Shown: positions 29,106 through 37,320 of the stretch, in pieces
Layout of the letters: each line of letters starts with the position of its first letter
Position numbering within the stretch: position 1 is the first letter of the stretch
Assembly: GCA_944388995.1 (NCBI GenBank)
Contig: CALXKN010000007.1
Location: 4,732-68,731 of the forward strand
DNA: 64,000 bases
Source of the DNA: an uncultured Spirochaetota bacterium
GTDB lineage: Bacteria; Spirochaetota; Spirochaetia; JAFGXN01
Reading direction: 5' to 3'
Program-made: the position numbers and the translations under genes
Notes under the pieces: generated by a model
What the model was told of the DNA's origin: nothing
The model's database searches: none
Seen by the model: only the letters and a program-made list of their open reading frames with translations

Positions 29106-29757
29106 CGGCTCCTCCTTCAGCGATAAAAGCGGCGCCTGAAGCGAGCGCGGCGGCCACGGCTTTAAACGTCACGGTTGCGCCGGCCAAAGCGTCAGACTCG
29201 GATTTCGGCAGCTCTTCGCGGCTCTGCGGAAGCGGTTTTCCGGGCGCGCCGAATCCTTTGAATTTATCCATGTAGCCGGGAAGCGCCGCTTTTTTTCCGA
29301 TTCCGGGAGTCTCGGAATCGCTGACCACAACCGCGTCTTTTACGCTTCCGTCCGGCGCGTAATATGCCAGAATCAGCATATCTCCGCCGTATCCCTTTCC
29401 GGTCAGCTCCAACACATAGCCAAGCATCTGCCCGCCGTCGTAAACATCATAGATGCGGCTGATTCCCAAGCGGTTTTCGACAGCGCGTCCGTTGCGGACG
29501 GAGGCGCTGCCGTCCGGGTTTTTGGCACGCGTCTCGATTTTATGGAAACCGACAGCGTAATACGTGTCGATGCTTTCATTGCCTCCGTTGACCAACGCAT
29601 TCAGCGACTGTTCGGTTGACAGCTCCGTATTGCGGTCGATCAGCGGTTTTGTAAACTTGTAAACAAAGCCCAAAAGCAGAGCAGCCGCCGCGCAAATCAG
29701 CGCCAGCGTTCCTGAAATTCGCAGGATTTCCAATTGATCGGCTTTCGTCAGTTTCAT
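29098..29757 (-). CDS. rnfG: Rnf complex subunit G (FMN-binding)
   Basis: N-terminal TM and ETPGIGKK FMN-attachment-like motif (S/TGxG). Confidence 0.8.
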   Translation of the reverse strand: MKLTKADQLEILRISGTLALICAAAALLLGFVYKFTKPLIDRNTELSTEQSLNALVNGGNESIDTYYAVGFHKIETRAKNPDGSASVRNGRAVENRLGISRIYDVYDGGQMLGYVLELTGKGYGGDMLILAYYAPDGSVKDAVVVSDSETPGIGKKAALPGYMDKFKGFGAPGKPLPQSREELPKSESDALAGATVTFKAVAAALASGAAFIAEGGADD

Positions 29758-30905
29758 GCATTGCCTCCTTTTCCGACTCCAACCCTGCGCTTCTTTTTAA
29801 CTCCATAACGGCGGGGAATGAAAAGCCGGTCCAGCATCGGTACGGTCAAATTCATGAAAACAATCGCCAGCGAAACCCCTTCGGGAAAAGAACCGTAATA
29901 CCGAATCAGAAAGGTCAGCAACCCGCATCCGATACCGAAAAGAAACATCGAGCCCCGGCGGAACGGCGAGGTCACCATATCGGTCGCCATGAAAAAAGCG
30001 CCGAGGAAGAGACCGCCGCTGAAAATCTGATAAACCACATCTCCGGAAAAAAAACCGGTTCCCGCGCGCAGTCCGCCGAAAACCCAAACGGCCGCCGCAA
30101 ACGATCCGATAAAAGCAACCGGAATTTCCCAGTGGATGATCTTTTTCGCTATCAGAAACAATCCGCCCAGCAGAAGCAAAAACACCGAAATTTCCCCGAT
30201 ACAGCCGCCTTTGATACCGAAAAACGCATCAAAGTAGCCGTAGCAGAAGTTTTCTCCGAAAAGCGAGTTGATTTTGTCGGTGACGGCGGCGTCGTACTTT
30301 GAAAGCGAGTAATGCTTCAGTGAAAGCACTTCCATTTCATTTGAGATTGAACCGGCATATTCGGGGACGGAACTTTTCAGAAATGTCAGCGGAGTGGCCG
30401 ACGTCATCGCGTCCCCCGTCGCGCCGGCGACGGTGAGGCCCGATTCCAAAATCGTGCGCGGCGTCTGAAAAGTGAACATCGCCGACGACCACGAAAAAAA
30501 CGCGATAAGCCGTCCTCCCAAAGCGGGGTTGATGATGTTGCAGCCCAAACCGCCGAACGCGCCTTTAAAGACGATGACCGCCGCCAAAGAGGCAATCGCG
30601 GGAATATACAGCGGAACCGACGGCGGCATGTTCATTCCGACCAGCAGTCCCGTCAGAACAGCCGAACCGTCAGACAGCGTATTTTTTTTCCGGATAAGAC
30701 AGATTGCCCCCTCTCCGGCCGCGGCCGCCGCAACGGAAACCGCCAGAACCGCCGCCGCGTACCAACCGAACTGATACACTCCCCACAGAGCCGCCGGCAG
30801 CAACGCCAGAATCACGTAAACCATGATCCGGGCCGTCGAACGCGGACTCCGAATCTGAGGAGAAGAGGCAACCGAAAACTGAAATTCCTGTTTTTTCCGC
30901 TTCAT
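29754..30905 (-). CDS. rnfD: Rnf complex subunit D
   Basis: Polytopic protein with GNIINPALGGR and GEIS...LGG blocks typical of RnfD/NqrB. Confidence 0.85.
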   Translation of the reverse strand: MKRKKQEFQFSVASSPQIRSPRSTARIMVYVILALLPAALWGVYQFGWYAAAVLAVSVAAAAAGEGAICLIRKKNTLSDGSAVLTGLLVGMNMPPSVPLYIPAIASLAAVIVFKGAFGGLGCNIINPALGGRLIAFFSWSSAMFTFQTPRTILESGLTVAGATGDAMTSATPLTFLKSSVPEYAGSISNEMEVLSLKHYSLSKYDAAVTDKINSLFGENFCYGYFDAFFGIKGGCIGEISVFLLLLGGLFLIAKKIIHWEIPVAFIGSFAAAVWVFGGLRAGTGFFSGDVVYQIFSGGLFLGAFFMATDMVTSPFRRGSMFLFGIGCGLLTFLIRYYGSFPEGVSLAIVFMNLTVPMLDRLFIPRRYGVKKKRRVGVGKGGNA

Positions 30906-32224
30906 TTCTTTCTCCCCATCCTTTTTCCTTTTTTAAACGCCTGCACCAAATAAATCCCCGCCGGGCAGGCGTAGGCACAGCAGCCGCACTCCTTGCAGTC
31001 GGGCAGACCGGCCGCCGCCGCTTTTTCGTATTCGCCGGCCTGAATCAACTTGTACATCATTGCCGGCGGCAATCCCATCGGACAGACGGAAACGCAGCTT
31101 CCGCAGTGAAGGCAGGCGGTTTGCGGTTTGTCGCAGACCTCTCCGGCAGTCAGAGCCAAAACACCGCCGGTACTTTTTGTAACGGGAGTGTCCCAATCGG
31201 CGAGCGCAAACCCCATCATCGGGCCGCCGACAACAATCTTTTTGACTTTCGAAAAATCTGTCCGGCATTCGGTCAGCAAATCCCGGACCGGCACGCCGAT
31301 ACGTGTTTTCAGATTTGCGGGATCGGCGACGGCGCCGCCGGAAACGGTCACAATCCTCTCCGTCAGCGGCCGTTTCAGAACGACGGCGTCAAAAACCGAT
31401 TTGGCCGTCGCGACATTGCAGACCACACATCCGGCGTCAATCGGCAGAGCTCCGGAAGGAACCTCTCTTCCTGTCAGAGCCCGAATCAGCTGCTTCTCGT
31501 CACCCTGCGGATAGCGGACCTTCAGCATCTCCACCGCATACGGCCGCTTTGAATGCGCAACCGCTCCGCGCAGTTTTCCGGCCGCTTCCGGCTTATTGGC
31601 CTCGACGGCTATGATCACCTTATCCGCCTCCGTGATTTGCGCCAAAATATCGATCCCCTCCAAAACTTCGTCGGTATACTCGAGCATGACGCGGTAATCG
31701 GCGCACAGATACGGCTCGCATTCGGCGCCGTTGATAATCAGATATTCGGCCTTCTTCCCCTTCGGCACAGCGATTTTGACATGAACGGGAAATGCCGCTC
31801 CGCCTAAACCAACCAAACCGGCTTCCCGAATCTGCCCTGTCAGCTCCTCGCGGGAAAGACCGACCCACCTGTCATTAATCCGTCCGTCCTCAACAGACTC
31901 AAAGGTTCCTTCAATTCTCAAATAAACAGCCTGACTGGAAGAACCGTTGGGCAGCGTCAGAGGCCCGACCTTTTCGACAACGCCCGGAAAGGGACAATAG
32001 ACGTGAGCGGAAATCAGTCCGTTTGCCCGTCCGATCAACTCCCCTTCCGCCACCGTATCGCCCGGTCTGACAAGGCACTCGGCCGGCGCCCCCAAATGCT
32101 GCCCCATCGGAATGACGGCCCGCTGTCCGAAGTAACTGTTGCGGATCGGACGGTCTGCCGCCAATCTTTTTTTGTCATCGGGATGAACGCCGCCCCGCCC
32201 GAAGGTTTTCAGTCGCTGTTTCAT
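30902..32224 (-). CDS. rnfC: Rnf complex subunit C
   Basis: Start taken at MKQRLKTF (ATG 32224), immediately after the upstream stop at 32227. IINGAECEPYL NADH-binding block and two C-terminal 4Fe-4S motifs (CLHCGSCVSVCP and CKECGCCAYACP). Confidence 0.85.
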   Translation of the reverse strand: MKQRLKTFGRGGVHPDDKKRLAADRPIRNSYFGQRAVIPMGQHLGAPAECLVRPGDTVAEGELIGRANGLISAHVYCPFPGVVEKVGPLTLPNGSSSQAVYLRIEGTFESVEDGRINDRWVGLSREELTGQIREAGLVGLGGAAFPVHVKIAVPKGKKAEYLIINGAECEPYLCADYRVMLEYTDEVLEGIDILAQITEADKVIIAVEANKPEAAGKLRGAVAHSKRPYAVEMLKVRYPQGDEKQLIRALTGREVPSGALPIDAGCVVCNVATAKSVFDAVVLKRPLTERIVTVSGGAVADPANLKTRIGVPVRDLLTECRTDFSKVKKIVVGGPMMGFALADWDTPVTKSTGGVLALTAGEVCDKPQTACLHCGSCVSVCPMGLPPAMMYKLIQAGEYEKAAAAGLPDCKECGCCAYACPAGIYLVQAFKKGKRMGRKK

Positions 32225-32226
32225 AA

Positions 32227-33717
32227 TTAATCCTTGTATTTGATTAAACGTATCTTCCGCTTCGAAACCCGAAAGAACGGAATTAAAAACGCAAAATATC
32301 CCGCCGCAACCGCAATCCAAACCGCGAAGGAACCTCTCGGAACCGTCCGCACGGCAACATCCCTGTCCGTCAAAAAATATGCAGACAGAGGATCTGATTT
32401 GACTTTTTTCATTATACTATCGAAACCGTCTTCTGTAAATATTTCGATCAAGATTTTTTCGTTACGGACGGAATTCCCTTCGTAAAAAAAGTGCGGAACC
32501 GTCACTTCATACCCGGGCGGCGGCAGCCGTTCCAGCTTTTCATAGCGGTAACTGTACTGAAAGACCTTTTCTTCAAGGTAACCGGCAGCGTTTAAAGTCC
32601 CCCGCTGCTGATTTTGAGTTTTTTCATAAATTTCTTCATAAGTTCTTGACCCAAAAAGCGGATCTGCCTTCTGCGCAGGATTTTCCGCCGGAACTGACAC
32701 CACAAAAATAAGCGCGCCGATTGGAAGAGCTGCCGTCAGCACTCCCAAAACTATTTCGGCAGCAGCACACTTCCACGGCAAACGATAATCCTTTCCGAAA
32801 AAAGGTTTTGGAATAAACTGAAACCCGTGCGGTCGGTTCACTTCCCGGACCACGGAAACAAACGCCAGAGAAAGACCGAAAAGCGACATTGCAACAGCAG
32901 CAACTGCCGCCAAACGCTCTCCGGGAAAAAACAAAGGAGGCAGAACGGCGCAAAAAACCGCGGCTGAAAGCTGCCCCGCAATCGATTTTTTGTCCTTCCC
33001 GGAAAACAAATCGACGCCGTTGAAAGTAAAGTACTCCCGCTGCGGCTGCCATTTCCGCCACAGAGACAGAAACACATTGCCGATAAAAACAGCCGCGCTC
33101 AGAACAAGAGCGTTACCGGAAAACAGCGCGGCCGCAAAAAGCACCGCCAAGAATAAAAGTCCTTTTCGGGATTTTCGTTGCACAAAGGACGAGAAAATCC
33201 AGGTAAGAATAACCGCTGACGTAAAAAAAACCGATTCCGCAACCGGCCGATGCTGTTCAACGGCGACCGCAGGCGCATCCGGGTACTCCATATTCCACTC
33301 CCTCAGCACTTCGGCAGAAAGCGGTTCTTTCAGTATAAACAACCTCATCGGACGTCCGTCTTCCTCAAAATCAAAAAGTTGCGGCAGCCGGGTCAAAAAC
33401 GGCGTTAGCCGATCGTCATCCGGTAAAAACCGATCCTTCAGCTCGCCTATGGTCAGCCTTTCCGGATTATAATGATCCAACTGAATCTCAATGTCGGCAG
33501 CGGAAAAAAAATCGATCCCTTTTTCTTTCAAAAAAAGTGCCGGAGCATCGCCCGATTCCGCCGGGAAAGCCGCAAACGGCGTGGCAACGTCCGCTCCCCC
33601 GTCACGCAGAAAAAGCAAAACCGCCGCGCTGCCGAATAAACAAAATAAAGAGAAGATGATCGCCGCTCGCGCGATTTTCATATGGCGCTGATTGAAAAAA
33701 GACGGAGACTCCTCCAT
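32227..33717 (-). CDS. hypothetical polytopic membrane protein immediately upstream of, and abutting, rnfC
   Basis: 496 aa, about 8 hydrophobic segments, large soluble loops. No recognisable catalytic motif. Confidence 0.5.
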   Translation of the reverse strand: MEESPSFFNQRHMKIARAAIIFSLFCLFGSAAVLLFLRDGGADVATPFAAFPAESGDAPALFLKEKGIDFFSAADIEIQLDHYNPERLTIGELKDRFLPDDDRLTPFLTRLPQLFDFEEDGRPMRLFILKEPLSAEVLREWNMEYPDAPAVAVEQHRPVAESVFFTSAVILTWIFSSFVQRKSRKGLLFLAVLFAAALFSGNALVLSAAVFIGNVFLSLWRKWQPQREYFTFNGVDLFSGKDKKSIAGQLSAAVFCAVLPPLFFPGERLAAVAAVAMSLFGLSLAFVSVVREVNRPHGFQFIPKPFFGKDYRLPWKCAAAEIVLGVLTAALPIGALIFVVSVPAENPAQKADPLFGSRTYEEIYEKTQNQQRGTLNAAGYLEEKVFQYSYRYEKLERLPPPGYEVTVPHFFYEGNSVRNEKILIEIFTEDGFDSIMKKVKSDPLSAYFLTDRDVAVRTVPRGSFAVWIAVAAGYFAFLIPFFRVSKRKIRLIKYKD

Positions 33718-33797
33718 AAATACTGATTATATAAAAAAACTCGTTAAAGTAAATAAAAAGAGTTCACAAATTCACAAAAAGGGACTATAATTTCAGA

Positions 33798-34652
33798 ATG
33801 AGAATTCGGCTTCCCGCATTATTCCAACGAAAAAGGATAAAAGTTTACGCTTTGGTCGGTCCTGCGGGGACGGGGAAGAGTTTTCGTTCCAAATTAGTTG
33901 CCGACTCACACAATATCGACATGATTGTCGACGACGGTTTGCTGATCAAAAACCGCCGGATTCTGGCAGGCACTTCGGCGAAAAAGGCAGACTCTTATTT
34001 GGGAGCGGTTCGGATTGCTATTTTCGAGGACCTCTTTCACAGAGAAGAAGTGAAAAAAGCCATTGAAGAGCAAAAACCGAAATCGATTTTGATATTGGGA
34101 ACCAGCGATAAAATGATTACCCGTATCTGCAAACGGCTGGATCTGCCGCTTCCGTTCCTCACCATCAATATTAACGACATTGCCTCAAAAGAAGAAATCG
34201 AAAAGGCCGTCAGCGCCCGTAAAAGCGGAAAGCACGTCATTCCGGCTCCCATCATTGAAGTGGAAAAACGTTACCCCTCTTCGGCTATCAGCGCCCTGCT
34301 TCTTTCGTTTTCAAGAAATATTTTTTCCAAAAAAAAACGCTTCATCGAAAAGACTATTGTTCAACCCGATTACGAAACCCCGGCCGGTTCCATCACTATT
34401 TCGGAAGCAGCACTGACACAAATGCTGATGCACTGCACGGAGGAATTCGACTCCTCTATCAAAATAAAAAGACTTTCAATTAAGGAAAACGGCAACACCT
34501 ATTCGCTGAAATTGGGACTGGAGGTGCCCATTCATTCGTCGCTTCCCTTCCGCCTGACAGAACTGCGTCATTTTATTATTAAAAATATAGAAAAATATAG
34601 TGGAATTCTTCTGGAAAAAGTCGATATTAATATCGTGAGTATGTCTCAATAA
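33798..34652 (+). CDS. hypothetical fusion protein: N-terminal P-loop NTPase-like module plus C-terminal Asp23/Gls24-like domain
   Basis: Walker A VGPAGTGKS near the N-terminus and a Walker B-like SILILGTSD. C-terminal about 100 aa (GSITISEAALTQMLMHC...LEKVDINIVS) resembles the Asp23/alkaline-shock-protein fold pattern. Confidence 0.5.
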   Translation: MRIRLPALFQRKRIKVYALVGPAGTGKSFRSKLVADSHNIDMIVDDGLLIKNRRILAGTSAKKADSYLGAVRIAIFEDLFHREEVKKAIEEQKPKSILILGTSDKMITRICKRLDLPLPFLTININDIASKEEIEKAVSARKSGKHVIPAPIIEVEKRYPSSAISALLLSFSRNIFSKKKRFIEKTIVQPDYETPAGSITISEAALTQMLMHCTEEFDSSIKIKRLSIKENGNTYSLKLGLEVPIHSSLPFRLTELRHFIIKNIEKYSGILLEKVDINIVSMSQ

Positions 34653-34675
34653 TTCGCAAAAAGAGGAATCGAACC

Positions 34676-36121
34676 ATGAAACGACTTTTATTCATTTTTT
34701 TGATTACCGCATTATCCGTCTCCGGCTTTGCTCAATTCTCGGACAAAATCGTTGAAAGTAAATATTACCGCGTCTTCTTTCAGGAGAATGAACAGGAAGC
34801 GGTACTGACCGCTCAAAAACTTGACGCCTACTTCGATTTTTACAACAGCTATTTTCATTTTGATACAAGCGCGATGCCCTCCCGGCTGAACGTCAAAATT
34901 CTTGATTCAAAATCCGCATACGCCGATTATGTTTCCGCTTCAACAACCGTAAGCAATCCGGTTTCGTCATTCTTATTTATCCAGTATCGGGATGCGTCTA
35001 AAAGCGAACTGATCGGCTACAAAAACAATAATCCCGATTTTGAAGATACTCTGAGTCATTACAGCTTTATTCAGTTTTTCCGGAATTTTATTACCAATCC
35101 TCCGCTTTGGCTGGAAAAGGGTTTTGCCGTCTATTTCGGAAAATCGTTTTATTCTCCTTCAAAAAGCGCCGTTATTTACAAAGAAAATCTGACATGGTTG
35201 AACACCCTGAAATCATTTCTCGACGCTGATCCGCCCGCTTTAATCGACTTAAATACACTCTTTTCAATGAATACCGAAGAAGTGTCCGAAAACAGTGATT
35301 TGTTTTACGCTCAATCCTGGGGACTTGTCAAATTTCTTATCGAAAATCCGAAAGCAGTTTATAACCGCGTTATTTGGGACTCGATTAACAAACTTTCCCC
35401 GGACGCATCAAAAACCCAAAACGAAGAAAATGTCAAACGGTCATTTGCATGGCTTGATTCAGCTGAATTTTCGAAAGATTTTTACGAATACATTACCGCT
35501 TTAAAAACATTCCCCCAACTGGTTGACAGCGGTATCGCTCTTTATGAAAAAGAGAAATATGATGAAGCAAAAATGGCTTTAATCAAAGCTGTCACAATGG
35601 AAGACACAAATTACATTCCATATTATTATCTCGGATTAATCCATTATAATACGGAAGATTACGCAATGGCTGATTTTTACTACAACTCCGCACTGCAGAT
35701 GAACGGCGATAAGGCCATTTGCTACTACGCACTGGGAGTCAACGCTTTTGCCGAACAGGATTACGAAAGATCTGTCAAATATTTAAAGACAGCTGTCGCC
35801 TGCTCTCCCGAATACCGGGAAAGAACGGATAAGATCATCGATAATATCCGCACCATTTTAAGACTGCAAAACCGCACCATGGATATTGAAGCTATCGAAC
35901 CGTATCAAATACCAACCGAAGAAAGGAAAGAAGCGGCTCCGGTCAGTCCGGATATCACCGTTACCACAACCGCTCCGGAAGCAGCCGAAGCTCCGGTGAC
36001 GATTGAGGATGAATCTCTGGCGGAAGAAGCGATCGACGCCCCCGTTCAGCCGGAGGAAGAGGATGAAGTCGGGCGGCTGCGCTTGGATAAAGATACAGGA
36101 GAATATATCCTGATCAACTGA
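34676..36121 (+). CDS. hypothetical secreted protein with TPR repeats and an acidic C-terminal tail
   Basis: Signal peptide MKRLLFIFLITALSVSGFAQ. Central TPR-like repeats (YYYLGLIHYNTEDYAMADFYYNSALQMNGDKAICYYALGV...). Final about 60 aa rich in E/P/A/T. Confidence 0.5.
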   Translation: MKRLLFIFLITALSVSGFAQFSDKIVESKYYRVFFQENEQEAVLTAQKLDAYFDFYNSYFHFDTSAMPSRLNVKILDSKSAYADYVSASTTVSNPVSSFLFIQYRDASKSELIGYKNNNPDFEDTLSHYSFIQFFRNFITNPPLWLEKGFAVYFGKSFYSPSKSAVIYKENLTWLNTLKSFLDADPPALIDLNTLFSMNTEEVSENSDLFYAQSWGLVKFLIENPKAVYNRVIWDSINKLSPDASKTQNEENVKRSFAWLDSAEFSKDFYEYITALKTFPQLVDSGIALYEKEKYDEAKMALIKAVTMEDTNYIPYYYLGLIHYNTEDYAMADFYYNSALQMNGDKAICYYALGVNAFAEQDYERSVKYLKTAVACSPEYRERTDKIIDNIRTILRLQNRTMDIEAIEPYQIPTEERKEAAPVSPDITVTTTAPEAAEAPVTIEDESLAEEAIDAPVQPEEEDEVGRLRLDKDTGEYILIN

Positions 36122-36142
36122 TAACGCAAAGCGTTCGATAAG

Positions 36143-36180
36143 CGGCGGACAAATCAGAATGATTGTCCGCCGTTTTTTTT
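36143..36180 (+). terminator. rho-independent terminator of the plus-strand two-gene island
   Basis: Stem CGGCGGACAA/TTGTCCGCCG (36143-36152 and 36163-36172) with 10-nt loop, followed by T8 (36173-36180). Overlaps the 3' end of the convergent nucleotidyltransferase gene. Confidence 0.65.
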
Positions 36181-37314
36181 ACCGTCATCATTCGAATCTT
36201 TGCCGGCCTTCTTTTTAGAAGATCGAAAACGCCGTTTTTTGCCGGAACCGGATCGTCTCTCTTTCGGTTTTACTCCGTCGCGTAAATCAAAAATCATCCG
36301 AACGGCTCCCTCAATTTGAGAAACCGGAAGTTGCAACGGTTTTTCAAATTCTTTGCAAAATGCCTTCTTTTCGCTAAAATTCTCAAACCATCCTGCCTCC
36401 TGTCGAAACGGAGGCAAAAACACTTTAAAAAAGTGAAACAGTAAAACATCGCGTTCGGGAAACGAATCCGCCCCGGAAGCTGAAACCTCTGCATCCAAAA
36501 GCATCATTTCAGCATAAAAGGTTTTTCTCACTGTCTTTGAAGCGGACAAGGCTGAAGAAAGATTAGGCAAAAAAAACGGCATCAAATTCAAGTCGTCGAT
36601 TTGTTCAAAAACGGCTGTAGCCTTTCCCGAAGAAAGAATTTTAAAAAATTCTTCTGTTAAACGCGAAACAGAAACTGTTGCCAACAATGACGCCTTTTTT
36701 CTGAGAACCGCTTTCATTTTATGCGGAATTTTCAAACCGCACTTGGCGGCATATTTTGCGGCGCGCAGCATTCGCACCGGATCAGAATCAAAAATAGTTT
36801 CCAAAGGAATGACATTAACAAGTTTGCCGTTTTTTAAATCCCGAACTCCCCCGACGTAATCAATGAGCTGTTCCTTTTCGGGATCGTAAAACAAGGCGTT
36901 CACCGTAAAATCGCGTCTTCTGACATCTTCTTCAATGGATCCGTACACCGCATTGAAGTTTCCAGAAGAAACCGCTCGAAATGTTGTCACTTCCACTATA
37001 TAGCGCCCGGGGAAAATAACATGAGCCAACTTGAACCGTTTCCCGATAATCCAGGCATTGGGGAAAATTTTACGGATACGGTTCGGAACGGCATCGGTAG
37101 CGACATCAAAATCTTTCGGAATTTTGTTTAAAAGCAAATCCCTGACAGCGCCTCCGACAATATACGCCTGATATCCGGATTTTTTTAATATCCGCACCAC
37201 TTCAAGCGCTTGCGGCGCAATCATTTTACGACGAAGAGAGTGTTCATCCTTTGTATAGACGACAGCAACCGGAATTCGTTTGCCGTCGGAACCGGTTCCG
37301 TACCTTTGAATCAT
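36154..37314 (-). CDS. poly(A) polymerase / CCA-adding tRNA nucleotidyltransferase family protein (PcnB-like) with a basic C-terminal tail
   Basis: Head-domain motif GGAVRDLLL...DFDVAT. RRDFTVNAL block. K/R-rich C-terminus. Confidence 0.7.
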   Translation of the reverse strand: MIQRYGTGSDGKRIPVAVVYTKDEHSLRRKMIAPQALEVVRILKKSGYQAYIVGGAVRDLLLNKIPKDFDVATDAVPNRIRKIFPNAWIIGKRFKLAHVIFPGRYIVEVTTFRAVSSGNFNAVYGSIEEDVRRRDFTVNALFYDPEKEQLIDYVGGVRDLKNGKLVNVIPLETIFDSDPVRMLRAAKYAAKCGLKIPHKMKAVLRKKASLLATVSVSRLTEEFFKILSSGKATAVFEQIDDLNLMPFFLPNLSSALSASKTVRKTFYAEMMLLDAEVSASGADSFPERDVLLFHFFKVFLPPFRQEAGWFENFSEKKAFCKEFEKPLQLPVSQIEGAVRMIFDLRDGVKPKERRSGSGKKRRFRSSKKKAGKDSNDDGKKNGGQSF

Positions 37315-37320
37315 GATAAA

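Noticed and set aside
32225-32320. Upstream extension of rnfC (MDCGCGGIF...) overlapping the preceding membrane-protein gene
   Set aside because: An internal ATG at 32224 abuts the upstream stop and gives a typical RnfC start. The extension overlaps a coding region in another frame.
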